From NCBI RefSeq assembly GCF_006345805.1, contig NC_042997.1, positions 108,562,001 through 108,626,000 of the forward strand: 64,000 nt of DNA. The letters are read 5' to 3'. How positions within the stretch are numbered: position 1 is the first letter of the stretch; the number at the start of each line of letters is the position of its first letter. This DNA comes from Octopus sinensis. Its lineage: Eukaryota. The position numbers and the translations under genes are program-made. The notes below the pieces were generated by a model. That model was given only the letters and a program-made list of their open reading frames with translations, was not told the DNA's origin and did not search any database. Shown piece by piece: positions 49,301-62,877 of the stretch.

Positions 49301-52300
49301 TTAGAAGAAATAAATCATGATGATGATGATGAAATTTTAAAGATTTTTTTTTGAAAAGACAGAAAAATAGAAACAACCCACCCCACTCTACCCTTAATTT
49401 ATGATAATGACATTTATTCTTAAAAAGCTTTGCAGAGAAGATAACTATGAAAAACCAAAATGTTTGTTTATACCACTAACAATAATTCTCTTTTGCAACA
49501 TAGCAAAAATATATTTGGAAATATATAATTGTAAACTGAATAGGAAGAGTTTGTTGAGATTTTCTGATGAATCAGGAAATCTCTGAAGGGGCTGTAGCTT
49601 GCTGTAATCACACTGGTAGCTTACTGGAACCCTGTAGAATTTTGGTAGGAGACTACAATTGGCTGTAAGGACACAACTGTTTTACAAGAGGACCAGAGTG
49701 TGCTCTAACTTCAGAGTCGTTTTATTAAGAATTACAGTGGTCTGCTTCTTTTCTTTCTCAATTAGGGGTGAAGTCTACAATTTCAAGAAGAATGGAAATG
49801 AGAGGAATGGCACTCGTGCCTCTCCCAATGATGTTAAAGTGAAAGGAAACAGCTTTAACAGAAATCAAAGCACATTCTTTGAATTGGCTCAGGGAAAGTC
49901 CATCCCTATGGTACCAGTATGCCACTCAACTGGCTCATTGAAGAAAATAAGGTATGCACAGCAAAGATAATTAAATAATTATGCATCACTGGGGTTAATT
50001 TAATCAATGCCTAACAAAGCTATGTAGGAAATGGTTGTGGGGCTAAGAAGTTTGCTTTGCAATTCTATGGTTCCAGATTCTGTCTGACTGTACTGCACCT
50101 TGAGACAGAGTTTTCTATCAAAGACTCAGCTCAATTCAACCAGAAGCCTGTTAAATGGATTTTAACCATTCTTGGCTGGATAATCCTCTGCCTGGCTTAA
50201 CTCTATCGACTGACCTTGAGGTGCCTTACAATAATTTGGAACAGGTCTTTAGTTTCTATCTTTACCTCCAGCAACCTTGGAGACCCTATAAATGTCACCG
50301 GTGTTACCTTTCCTCCTCTCTCAAAGCCATAAAAAAAAAAAGGACAAAGATGGACGTGTTGGCCAGTGAGATTTTTATTGAAAACGGTGAAGCAAAAATA
50401 TAAATCTGAAAGAGAATAATGCTACTTGCCATACCTGATAACTCCATCAAATGTGCCAGCTCTGAAGGGCATTCCATATCCCATGTCACCAAGCAGAAAG
50501 TCTCCATCTGAGTCACGCTCCAGTGCCACATCTGTAATTAAACAGTCCATTTAATGATAATGTGGAAATTATTTCAAAGCAAAATTTGTGTTGGTGCCAC
50601 ATAATAAGCACCCAGTGGTAGGCATTAGGAAAGGCATCCAGTCATAGAAGCCATGTCATAACAAACAATTGGAGCCTGGTGCAGTTCTGTCAAACTATCC
50701 AACCCATGCCAGCATGGAAAATGAATATTAAACGATGATGATGATGGTGGTGATGATTTAACTTACTGTCAGAAATAATAACATAAAACAATTAGGTCGT
50801 TAATAGTTTAATAACAGATATCAATTGCTCATCTTCATTAGTTATGAAGAGCTGTGATGAGAGGGAATTGGCCCCTACCTCTTGACAGCCATCACACACA
50901 CACAAATTTTATAAAGATGTCTGTAATAGATAATAGCAAATGAAAGTAATGTTAATACTGAACAGCAGTATTACTGAGGCGCAGGAGTGGCTGTGTGGTA
51001 AGTAGCTTGTTTACCAACCACATGGTTCCGGGTTCAGTCCCACTGCGTGGCACCTTGGGCAAGTGTCTTCTATTATAGCCTCGGGCCGACCAAAGCCTTG
51101 TGAGTGGATTTCGTAGACGGAAACTTAAAGAAGTCCGTCGTATATATGTATGTGTGTGTGTTTGTGTGTCTGTGTTTGTCCCCCTAGCATTGCTTGACAA
51201 CCGATGCTGGTGTGTTTATGTCCCCGTAACTTAGCGGTTCGGCAAAAAGAGACAGAATAAGTACTGGGCTTACAAAGAATAAGTCCTGGGGTCGAGTTAC
51301 TCGATTAAAGGTGGTGCTCCAGCATGGCCGCAGTCAAATGACTGAAACAAGTAAAAGAGTAAAAGAGAGAGAGCAGTCTTTGTATCCTGCTTAACAAACG
51401 ATGTATTGTTAGAACAGCATATTTCTTTGGTGTTCCCCATGAGAGATCCTCTCAGACATAAGAATGGAAGAAGCACAGATAACAAATCGTTAGCAACAGT
51501 TGTTTAGCATGGGTGGCTGAACTGTTAAATCCCATGATTTCAGTGTACATGCACTTCAGCAGCAGCAGGCATCAGGATCTTTAAGATATAGATATTAGGG
51601 ACAGAAGCAGTACTAATACTGAATAGCAATCTTTATATCCAACTTAATGTGGATGTATTGTTAGAATGCTGTATTACTGCAGCATTTGCCTTGATATATA
51701 TGTGAAGGCATGTGGCTTAGTGGTGAGGGTTTGCGGCTCACAGTTGGAAGGGCATCCCTGGTGGCACATCAGGTCCTTTGAAAAACACTTTGTTTCATGT
51801 TTCTCCAGTCCACTCAGCTGGTAAAAACGAGGAGTAACTGTATTTCAAAGGGACCATCCCATAACATGTGGGAACTCTGTAAGAGTGATAAGGGTAAGCA
51901 TGTCCTTCAAGTACTCAGCCACCTGCATGGTAATTTCACAGGTAGGCTACTGAGCCGATCAGATAAACTGGAACACTTGTCATCAGAACTGATGGAGAGC
52001 CAGACATCATCATCATCATCATTTAACGTCCATTTTCCGTGCTAGCACGGGTTGGACGGTTCGACCGGGGTCTGGGAAGCCAGGAGGCTGCACCCGGCTC
52101 CAGTCTGATCTGGCAGTGTTTCTACAGCTGGATGCCCTTCCTAACGCCAACCACTCTGTGAGTGTAGTGGGTGCTTTTTATGTGCCACCGGCATGGAAGC
52201 CAGTCAAGGCGGCGCTGGCATCGGCCACGTTTGGATGGTGCTTTTTATGTGCCACCAACACATGTATCACAACTACTATTTCCATTGATATCTATTTCGA

Positions 52301-55300
52301 TGTTCATGTACTTGACTCAATAGGTCTCCTCAAGCACAGCGGTACACACATATATATATTATAACAAACAATAGGGCGGCGAGCTGATAGAAACATTAGC
52401 ACACTGGGCGAAGTGCATTGTAGTATTTTGTTTGCCATAAATTCCGCCGAGGTCGACTTTACCTTTCATTCTTTTGGGTCGATTAGATAAGTACCAGTTA
52501 TGCACTGGGGTCGATGTAATCAACTAAATACCTTTGTCTGTCCTTGTTTGCCCCCTCTATGTTTAGCCCACTGTGGGCAATAAAAATACATATATATATA
52601 TATATATAATATATATACACTCACACATATAATTCATGGTAGTTTTCTTTCACCATTTTCTCTCTTTCTTCCCTGCCCACCATGATCCCTGGCCCCTTCA
52701 CTTCCCCCTTATTATAACAAACAATTATTTTCCCCATTATCTATTTACTTGTCTCCATTGTCTTAAATATGAGCCTTTTTATGAAATAATTTTCTTAAAC
52801 TTTAGATTCCTAAAACGTTTTTCCCTTCACTATAATTATACCTGTGAATGCCAATTATTTATTTAATTCGGTTTCAACGCCTTGTGATGCCAATACATAC
52901 TTGAGTACAAAAACTCAGCTGAAATATTAATTACATCATCATGTATTAATTAATAATTGATTATCAAGCCTGAACTCAACACAAACGCGTTCTCCGATCA
53001 CAAGGGAAGCAATCAATACTTACAACACCTAACTGATTACTTCCCTTTACTAGGCCTATTTTGTTTCGTATCGCCGGTGATCCAGCGGCAAGAGAAAGAA
53101 CGTTTTTGAAACTCAAGCCAACGTCGGTGAAAGGAACGGCACCCAACTGGAAACAAAAAAAACTGCTTCAACACATGGCAGACATAAAACTGATGATTGA
53201 TGATGATGTGTGGGTGTGATTAAACACGAGAGAGGAAGAATGTAGAAGCAAAAGAAGGGAAACAACTTACCCAGCATAGCAGCACTTATATCAATGCCAA
53301 CCCAAATATGACCATCCTCTGTTAAACACTCACCACTCAGACCGGAACCACACCTGAAAATAACAATAATAGAACAGTAGTTCAATAATCAAAACTAGAT
53401 TTGATAATATTTCCAAAGATATTTTATATAAAGCATGAATGGCTCCATCTTATGATTGCACAACCAGCAGGGCACCAGCCAAACCTCAAAGTCACTGAGC
53501 CTCAAACACACCAGAATACCAACACATTTAGAATTCATTACATTTACTAATTAGATGTATACTGAGAAGAAGGATGATGATGATGATGAGAACGACGACC
53601 ATCATCGTTATCATCATAATGCCCTGATGCAGTACCAAGCAATGGCTCTCATGGCTTCCGATCTTAACTGATTGGAAGTGTTATCATGCACATTGTCTTA
53701 TCTTAGTATAAAAGATGGGCTACAGCAAATATTCTGCTCAATACCACAGATTTGCTCATCAGTTGTTTGACCATAACCAGTTGAGCATGTCCCCTAGTGG
53801 CTGACGATATGTGCATCTCTCATCACGAGCAGAAGTAGTGGGGGAGCATCATAGCCTTGTGTCGAGAGGGATTCTTTGGGGTTTGAATAATTCACCTCTG
53901 GAAACATGGGTGTTTCGTTCAACATCCTTAAACAACCATTATTCAGGGACTTTTTGAGTGGGATGGGCTATTTGACCTGTGGAAAATTCTAATTGGGTTC
54001 CACCTGCAAGGTCGTGCACTGTTTATTGTGATATGAGATCACCATGTCGCGCACATTATGGTTGTGATGCATGTGCCTGGTGTACCCTTATCAGACGGGT
54101 AGTCATGATGTGTATACTGGGCTTCGTATATTTTACCCAAATGTTACTTTGATGGCATGCACTGCTCTCTCACTCAATAATAATAATAATAACTGATATT
54201 AAATTTTAGCACAAGGCCAGAAATTTCGGGGGAGGGGGTAAGTTAATTATATCGACACCAGCGTATGACTGGTACTCTTTTTATAGATTCCAAAAGGAAG
54301 AAAGACAAAGTCAATCTTGATAGAATTTGAACTGAGAATGTTAAAGCCAGAGAAAATGCTGATCAGGCATTTCGTGTGTTGTGCCAACGGTTCTGTCACT
54401 GTGAAGTTGAGAGGCTTTATGGGAAATGGAGTCAAAGGAGAAAGGGGCTTCAAAATGTGGAAGGTTGGGGAAATAGAGAGAGAAACAATCCATGAGATTA
54501 TATTGAGACAAACTTAGAGCCAGAACCGATTTTTACTACAACATTTCATATCAAAATGTCAGATGTAAACAAGCAATGAGATTGGTGACTTATAAAAACA
54601 TTTAGCATACTTCATAGAATATTGTGTTTGCAGAACGAAGTGCCACGTACCTACAAACGCTTGATGTTTACATACCAGCCCCAGGAATGCGTCTAATATG
54701 TAAATCCAATAACTTAACAATACTGTATGCAACGGCTACAAAAGCAATATGTTTGGGGACAGAAGTGGGTTAGACAAGTGCTGATGAAGGAGCAACACCT
54801 GCCAAAGTATGGTATATACACTCATTACCCAATTTTGTCTTTGATCTCATTGTTTGTCTCAATACGAAACATTGTAACAAAAATCAGAGCTGGCTAAAAT
54901 ATCTATAGAACAGCTGCAGAAATAACCTTCAAAATAATGTAAGAAGCACAGCTGAAGCATTCGGTATACTTCAGAGTATATTGTATTTGCATAACAAAGT
55001 GCCACATAGCTACAAACCTTTAATAGTAGTGGAAGAATCTATATTCAGTGCAGGAAGGGGGACAGAAGAATTAGGCCATGACCAGCTAGACAGGTTTAAA
55101 GAAAGACCCTTATATGGACAATTGTACAGGGGCATGGAAAGTGACCAGGTGAGTAAAACATGGGATTGGTTGAAGAGAACTGAAGGACTGAGCATAGCAG
55201 CACAAGGGACCTGAGGAAGATTATGGGGACATCAATGGAAAGTGCAGACACTGCAAGAGATGGGATGAAACAATGGCACATGTAATTAACAAGTTATAAA

Positions 55301-57511
55301 AAAAGAAAAAATGGTGGCTTGCGAGGGTTGCAACTGTCCTTCAATGATAACTTGCACAATGGAGAAAAGGTGCTGAGAATGACAAAGTGAAGATGCTGTG
55401 GGACATGGAGATAGAGACTGACAACACAACTGAAAATGCTAGACCTGACATGGTGGTATTAGATAAAAGAGAAGAGAACCAGCAATGTGGCATGCCCGTC
55501 CCTTTGATACCAAAGGGAGTGAAATGGAAGCAGATAAGATTGATAGATACCAGGACTTGTGGATTGAGACTGTAAGAATATAGTCTTGTAGGAAGGTTTG
55601 AGACAATCTTCTCATTGATCAGTGACCAGCAGACTGGGAGGATGGGTGAAGAAGTGAATAGAACACTATTTGAAAAATATTGTTTCTTAGAGACAAGGAG
55701 AATCATAAGAAGGTCCCTAGGGGCTGGAAGTGTAGCGTGTAGCCATTTTCAAATAGTAGCACCAATTTGTGGTAGCTGGCAATATGACGTAATGTCGTAT
55801 TGCCAAAGAAATATGATTGTCGTTTTCCCATTGGTTGATATAACTGCTCATATAGGAATTCTAAAAATTAGTTAAAGAATATTTTTATGGGATTTCGATT
55901 ATTTAAAGTTGAGCAGTTATAAAAACCCTGGATTTCGGGGAAAACTTCAGTATTTGTAAGATTTAACTAAACTCCACGACACTCTGGTTATATTTTTATG
56001 CCATGTCTATGAAAAATCCAACAAGACTTGTTTGAATTGTTGAGATTTATAATAGCTAGAATGAGGAATTAGTTAGCTAAAATATTAAGTTGTAATTCTC
56101 TATGACAAAATTACTTTACTTCAAATTATATATAAATATTAAAAATGCTAAATGTATATAATAAAATAATGTAGAAATTATTTTCTCTTTCTTCACATTC
56201 TTCAACTTATTAATGAAATGTATTTCTGTAATTATGAAACTGTATTTTTTTTACAGCGGTTAAAAGAACATGAAATTATTCATATTTAACATACATGCAC
56301 CATTAGCGTTCCAGAAAATATATTTCTCGCTATGGCATTTATATAGCTGGAGTCAGGATTTACGTATAATGATAACACTTATAAGTAAGTTATAAGTGAC
56401 GGTTTTATCATTATATATCCCTACTTAAAAAGCTCAATATATTTATCTATTTCCAAATATGAAAAATAATAAAATAGCGTTACATAATAGTAAACAAACC
56501 AACCAGAAAATAGTCGCTATATAACAAAACTGGTAGTCCACTATAGAAGTATCAGAAAGTGATAATCTTTGTGTAAAGTAGCGATAAGGAAGGCAATGGG
56601 GAACAGTTGTTGAGAAGTGACGGAAAAAATTTTTAAGTTTAGACCATAGTATCACACAAAATAATTGGTGTTGTATAAATAGAGGTCAATGCTCACCTTG
56701 GCCTGGCATAATTGAAAAAAACAAAAACAAAAAAATCTAGCATCCTGGAATCAGAGATCCAAAAATATGTTGGTTGTTGTTTAGCCCTAGGCTGGCTCTG
56801 ATTAAAAGTATCCCAGTGATTACCATTCTGCCTATATTTAGACGTAGTCTACCTAAGACTATCCTTTTATTAGAGATGGTCAGGTGTCTATATAGTTTCA
56901 TCTAAATCTAGATTTCAAACAGAACACAAGCCAACTAACACTTTTCTTCAACCTATTTCTTCATGAAACCAGTTAAGTAAATGCAAAGGCAGACGTTTTA
57001 GAAGATGAAAAGGCAAGACTATGATTAAAACAAGTTTTAAATCATTGAAACTATAGACCTTCCGATTGTGGTTCTGTATTTGAACACAGCTTGTTGCTCA
57101 TGTTGACAGTAGTGTCAATTCATTAGAAAAACAATGGGAAATAATATGAAAAACATTTCAAATGGACTCACCCAACATCTAAAATATAACAACTCTGATC
57201 TTCTGGTAGGTTTAATAATTCAATGGCTCTTTCGGAAAGTTTCGATTGAATATCAATCATACGAGAACTGGAAAAAAACACAAGAACTTGTACGGTCAAT
57301 GGTGAACATCAATTTGGAAAAGGAAAGGAAAGAAGAAATAGTATTAGGACAGAGAAGTGATAGGTGGGAGCACCCTAGTGATGCCGAGTGTGAGAGGTGC
57401 ACAATGTCAGGGAGACGGTGGGGGATACAACGAGAATCAGGTGGAGGGTGGGGGAAAGTGTTAGGAAGATGTGAGGGAGAGATTTGTCAAGGACACACAC
57501 ACACACACAGA

Positions 57512-57552
<41 letters not shown>

Positions 57553-60500
57553 TTCAAATTTACAGAAAACAAAAGACGAAGACAGGCAAAGTTACAAGTT
57601 TGATACTCGGGAAGAATGGAAAAGTCTTTGACTTTTTGAGCCTATGCTCTTCGGCAGAGAGGATTGAGAGAGGGAAAAAAAGGAGAATGGAAAGAAAACG
57701 GAGAAAGAAAAGACATGTGAAGGGATTAACGGTCATATATATATATATACATACATACATATATATATAGGCATATATATATGCATATATATATATATAT
57801 GCATATATATGCAGGGCATCCAGCTGTAGAAGCACTACCAGATTAGACTGGAGCCTAGTGCAGCCTTCTGGCTTTCCAGACCCCGGTCGAACCGTCCAAC
57901 CCATGCTAGCTTAAAAAACGGACGTTAAACGATGACAACGATGATGATAGGCGTATATATATGTGTATATATATATATATATATATACATACATATATCA
58001 TCATCATCATCATCATCATTTAGCGTCCGTTTTCCATGCTAGCATGGGTTGGACGGTTCAACTGGGGTCTGGGGAGCCCGAAGGCTGCACCAGGCCAGTC
58101 AGATCTGGCAGTGTTTCTACAGCTGGATGCCCTTCCTAACGCCAACCACTCCGAGAGTGTAGTGGGTGATTTTATGTGCCACCGACACAGGTGCCAGACG
58201 AGGCTGGCGAATATATATATACATATACACATATATATATGCATATATATATATTTATATACACACACATATATATATATGCGTATAGACCCACTAGTAT
58301 TATCTGATGGATAATACTGAGAACCAATGTCTTGTTACTGAAGCTAACACCAGAAAATGTTACATAAGAACAAGAATTACAATGTTACTTCATGAAAATT
58401 TCCTGGTGTTGATACAATTAAATAAACACGAATGTTTTAAAATGGAAATTATTGATTACATCGAAACAAAATTACAACAAAATGAACTTTCCATTTTTAG
58501 GTAATCCTCCCTGTACTTCTTGTACGACAGAGTAAACAAGGGAGATAACCGCAATTGGTATTAGCGTTATCACCCTTCGGAGACTGGAGAGAGTAGGAAT
58601 AACAGTTGACACAGCTATAAATGTGTGTATATGTATATAAGAGTATTACAACAGCGTGTATTTAAATGTGCATTTTTCATGCTAGCATGGGTAGGACAGT
58701 TTGACAGGAGCTGGCAAGACAGAAAGCTGTACCAAGCTCCAATTGTCTGCTTCGACATCCTACCAACACACCTGTCATTAACTGTATACTTCATTCACAC
58801 CTTTAATTATCTTTAATACTTCAACAATTACCATAACCTCAAATATGTGTTTATGTGTATATAACTTAAATGACAATAAATGCATATTTATGTACCTAAA
58901 ACTATAAAGATGAGTAACTGTGTATATAACAAATAAATATAAAGTTGTAGAATTTAACGTGTATACAATATAAATGACTATAGATACATGGGTATATTTA
59001 AATGTGTAAAGAGTACATACCCACTTCGGCCATGAACGACAATGGGATTTCACCTAGAAAGTTCCCCTCCCAGGAACAAATCTGGGCAAGGTCGTATATG
59101 GAAGACCAGCAACCGCCCATGCATACCAGCCTCCCCACTCCACACCACTGATGTTATCCAAGGGAAAGGCAAAGGGGCCGATACAGCTTGGCACCAGTGA
59201 CATTGCAACTCATTTCTACAGCTGAGCAATGTGGAGATAAAGTCTCTTGCTCAAGAACACAACACACAGACCGGTCCGGGAATCGAACTCACTACCTCAT
59301 GATTGTGAGCCCGCCACTCTAACGAATGAGCAATGCACCTTAAATGTGTATATAACATATATATATATTAATAAATACTTGTGTTTCTTACTTTGATGTA
59401 TATTTCTGAGCTTCTGTTTCATTATAAAACTGAAAAAGTCAAGAGAAATAAAATGAAAAACAAACATTAGAAATGTGTTTCTTTTAGCAAAAACTGAAGA
59501 TAGATGACAACTAAAAATTTTTTATAATGTTTTGGGATTTGTTGATATAGAATTGTGGATAAAATCTGATCTGATCATTGAATCGGAAGAATCATCATCA
59601 TCATCATTGTCGTCGTTTAACGTGTTGCACGATTTGACTGAGGACTGGCGAACCAGATGGCTGCACCAGGCTCCTATCTGGACTTGGCAGAGTTTCTACA
59701 GCTGGATGCCCTTCCTAACACCAACCACCGGCACGAGGGCCAGTCAGGCGGTACTGGCAACGGTCACAGAAAATCGTGTTTTTTCTTTTTACGTGTCACC
59801 TGCACACCGGCACAAGTGCCAGTAAGGCGATGCTGGTAACGATCACGCTCGAATGGTGCTTTTTACATGCCGGCAGCACGAACGCCAGTTAGCTGCTCTG
59901 GCGACGATCACGCTCAGATGCCAGTCATCGAATTTGATTTTGATTCTGATTTCACTTGCCTCAACAGGTCTTCGCAAGCAGGGTCCAATGAAGAGATATA
60001 TTTAGTGTTTCCAGACTTGCAGGAACTATGAAGATGGTTGAGGAGAATAATTTCCCCAAGTGTTGGTCACCTGTACGACTACAGATAGGTGTGAAACAAA
60101 CGAGAGGTTTTGTTATGAGTTTTGGTCAGGAGTGAAATACAAACTTGAAGTCCATTTTGGAGAAGAAGAGTTGTGTAGTATGAACTGAATTGAACCGCTT
60201 TCAGCTCGTGAGCTGCAGCCATGTTGGGGCACTGCCATTTATGTGCACAGTTGGTGGGTAGGCTCAACAAGACATCATCATCATCATCGTTTAACATCCA
60301 CTTTCCCTGCTGGCATGGGTTGGATGGTTTGACCAAGGACTGACAAGCCAGTAGGCTGTACCAGGTTCCAGTCTGATCTGCCAAGGTGTCTACAGCTGGA
60401 TGCCCTTCCTAATGCCAACCACTCCGAGAGTGTAGTGGCGGCTTTTTATGTGCCACCAGCACAGGAGGCAGTTGGGGTGGGGGTGGATGGCATCAACCAC

Positions 60501-62877
60501 GTGCAGATGGTGCATTATTTGCTACTGGCACAAGGAGCCAATGAGGCGGCATGGTGAGCCAGTCAGGTGGCACTGCCATCGGCCACAACTACAATTTCCA
60601 TTTTGCTTTCAATTTGATTGAGATTCTGATTGTGATTGCTGCCCTTCCTAATGCTAAATCAGTTAAGACAATCCAATTGGTACACAGACAATGGCAATTT
60701 GGTAATGGCAGGGTTATTTATTTCCCTCCCAGTCACTCCAATTCCTCTCACCATCACCTGCTGTCTCTAAGCATCCTCCTCTATCCCCTCTGTACCACTT
60801 ATATTACCATACGCCCCCACCCCTATTTCCTGTGTGCAGTCCCCCTCTCTGTCACTCCAGTTGTCTCTTTAACTCTCTCTCATCTTCCTCTCCTACTCTG
60901 TCCTACCTCTGTCCACCTTTCATACTCGAATCTCTTGGTTCCACTCACTTGTCTTGTGAGCGTGTGGATGCTGGTGCCACATAAACAGCATCCAATACAC
61001 TCACATTAGGAATGGCATCCAGTCACAGAGGCGATACCAAAACAAAGTCTGGTGCAGCCCCCCGCCCAAATTACCAGATCCTGTGAAACTGTCCAACTCA
61101 TGCCAGCATGGAAAGCAGATGTTAAATGATGATGATATAGCTTAAAAGGTGCAATGAGATGCAGGGAGTGTGGGTGGATTGTATCGATTAGTGAAAATCA
61201 TCATCATCATCGTTTAACGTTCGTTCTCCATGTCCAATTAAATTTGTTTCCTCCCAACTTTCATCCTGAAGAAATAAATATCTTTTTAGGAAATTTTGCA
61301 GATACATTTCCAAGGATATAAACTTATATTAATCACATTGCAAGAAAAAAAAAGAAAAAAGAAAAAAATTCCTGGAGGAATTTCGGATTATTCTCAACTT
61401 TGTTTTCACAAAACTCTCTTTAAAATGCTTTTTAAAAAAAATATTTTTTATCAAATAACAGTTTTGCAGAAATACATTTTCAAGTGTTATGTAATTTTGA
61501 GGTTTCAAATATATATATTTGAAAATAAAAACTTAGAAAATGTTCAGGTTACGACACTTCTCCATCGTCCCACCAGAAAATGTTTTTCCTAAATTTTTTA
61601 TCATCAACATTGTAGTCAACCCCCTCTGAAACGAATGGAAATTATGAGCAGTGGTTTTCAACTGGGATCCATGCAACAAACTAGAAAATTGGGGCTCAAC
61701 AATAGTATTTTAAGGGTCCCTAAAATATTTTGCTTTATATGTATGTATTTCTCTAACATTTTACATAGTTCAACCTCCAAAAGTTAATGTGTGAAACACA
61801 GAATAGGAATTTCGTAAGAAGTTTCAATAAAACTAGTTTTTTAACAGCAAATGGCAATGGGGGTCCACCAGAATAAAATAGCAGTCAAAAGGATCCACAG
61901 ATAAAAAATGGTTGAGAACCCCTGATTATGAGGAGTCAGGAAAGCGTCAAACTGTAGTTACACCCACAGAATAACTATAGTTTGGTGCGCGAACATTTGG
62001 AATTTGGTTACTCTTAATTTTAAAGAATATTTGTTTTTCTAATGAAATTTTGCAAAGAAAGATATGAGAAAGTTCGAGAGGGGTTGAAATAATTAAATCG
62101 GCATTACTTAAATGCAGAGGTCCCAATGCATCTACGTAACGATGTGAAGGGGAGGGTTAGTTTTAAGGGTTAGGGTACCCACACAAAGTACATTTAAAAT
62201 GTTTTGTACGTGACACCTATATCTAAGTAGTATCGTTAAGGGACCTCTGTATTTAAGTAGTACAATTAAATCGACCCTCCTGGAGAGAATGAAAGATGAA
62301 GTCTGATTAAAAAAAAACACATTAACATCGCCAGATATTCATTTAAACGATAAAGCGCTGGGATTTGCACTTAAATAGCATGGAGTGCTGAGCCCATTTT
62401 ATGAAAATGAGACAACCATTCACACACAAAAAACAATAGTTAAAATCTCTTCTTCGTATAGAATGGTGGCAAGTTTTACGTCGTCTGAAAAAGTCATTAG
62501 TTGAGCTATTTCTTGGCGGACATTTCAACAAATGCCCATAAATTAAATGCATTTATCGTGTCCGTCAGGCCACGATGGTGGTCCGTTGCACTTTATGTAT
62601 TAATCTCTCGCTCCGACGTTAAAATAAACATGAGACAAGAAAAAACACGTGTTTCCTTCATAAAAACTAATTGTGGGTCAAAATATGTTCAGAAGACATT
62701 GCATCGTTGTTATCCCTACAACTAAAATATTTGAATGCCACAAAGAACCACAATATATGGGTACAAGTACCCAATATATGTTCATTAATAAATTAAAGAG
62801 CCCCTATATATATTTATTAAGGAATTACTCACAATTTCTGGCGGAGCTTGTCTCTCAGGTCGGCCACTTGCTGCCAT
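40290..62877 (-). CDS. BUD23: 18S rRNA (guanine-N7)-methyltransferase BUD23/WBSCR22, complete, 11 exons, 281 aa: complement(join(40290-40344,40546-40638,43080-43184,44196-44281,46483-46533,49114-49210,50435-50531,53271-53353,57172-57267,59392-59429,62833-62877))
   Basis: Exons total 846 nt and read [35 protein letters not shown]...ILDVGCGSGLSG...[32 protein letters not shown]...FQLYPEN...[12 protein letters not shown]...[13 protein letters not shown]; SAM motif DVGCGSG; all GT-AG and phase-consistent. Confidence 0.96.
40546..40638 (-). CDS. BUD23: BUD23 exon 10 ([31 protein letters not shown])
   Basis: Basic C-terminal KS..W..EKK.R.RRQG; ctgcag acceptor, gtgaga donor. Confidence 0.93.
41391..42344 (+). 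mobile_element. piggyBac-like internally deleted element
   Basis: TTAA TSD, CCCTTTCGTTAC TIRs; residual [11 protein letters not shown] and [10 protein letters not shown]...[11 protein letters not shown] resemble a piggyBac transposase N-terminus. Confidence 0.87.
43080..43184 (-). CDS. BUD23: BUD23 exon 9 ([35 protein letters not shown])
   Basis: LCLFSG..LP.GL motif; tttcag acceptor, gtaagc donor. Confidence 0.92.
44196..44281 (-). CDS. BUD23: BUD23 exon 8 ([29 protein letters not shown])
   Basis: Highly conserved; ttatag acceptor, gttagt donor. Confidence 0.95.
44333..44725 (+). mobile_element. R4/Dong-like non-LTR 3' fragment (restriction-like endonuclease)
   Basis: RKPDIV...[20 protein letters not shown]...PIIVGAL...LQKTALLG; begins right after (TAA)n. 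Confidence 0.75.
46483..46533 (-). CDS. BUD23: BUD23 exon 7 ([17 protein letters not shown])
   Basis: RG.RAV.Q.YPEN motif; tggcag acceptor, gttcgg donor. Confidence 0.93.
49114..49210 (-). CDS. BUD23: BUD23 exon 6 ([32 protein letters not shown])
   Basis: ISA.QWLCNA motif; ttacag acceptor, gtgagt donor. Confidence 0.95.
50435..50531 (-). CDS. BUD23: BUD23 exon 5 ([33 protein letters not shown])
   Basis: Conserved GDMG.G.PF..GTFDG; ttacag acceptor, gtatgg donor. Confidence 0.95.
50978..51370 (+). mobile_element. Full-length tRNA-derived SINE (family also at 4155-4512 -, 7845-8230 +, 8330-8712 -, 10310-10800 -, 13080-13440 +, 43715-43960 -)
   Basis: Pol III A box TGGCTGTGTGGT and B box GGTTCAGTCCC, central (TG)n, AAAAGAGT tail; many near-identical copies. 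Confidence 0.85.
53271..53353 (-). CDS. BUD23: BUD23 exon 4 ([27 protein letters not shown])
   Basis: Within ORF 53113-53385; SAM-binding motifs; tttcag acceptor, gtaagt donor. Confidence 0.95.
55000..55720 (+). mobile_element. Decayed R4/Dong-like non-LTR element (zinc-finger plus REL domain)
   Basis: LYGQLYR...WDWLK..TEGL.IAAQ; CRHC...ETMAH; LWDMEIETD...RPDMVVLDK. Confidence 0.72.
57172..57267 (-). CDS. BUD23: BUD23 exon 3 ([32 protein letters not shown])
   Basis: Conserved sequence; ttccag acceptor, gtgagt donor. Confidence 0.95.
59392..59429 (-). CDS. BUD23: BUD23 exon 2 ([13 protein letters not shown])
   Basis: Matches FYDETEARKY; tttcag acceptor, gtaaga donor. Confidence 0.92.
61649..61924. 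mobile_element. hAT (Charlie-like) MITE
   Basis: CAGTGGTTTTCAAC...GTTGAGAACCCCTG termini with perfect 8-bp TSD ATTATGAG. Confidence 0.85.
62833..62877 (-). CDS. BUD23: BUD23 exon 1 ([15 protein letters not shown])
   Basis: ATG at 62877; RPE..PPE N-terminal motif; gtgagt donor. Confidence 0.92.

Noticed and set aside
49555-49583. CTGATGA-atcag-GAAA hammerhead-like string
   Set aside because: No stem II or III; it is simply a small hairpin (GAGATTTTCTGAT/ATCAGGAAATCTC).
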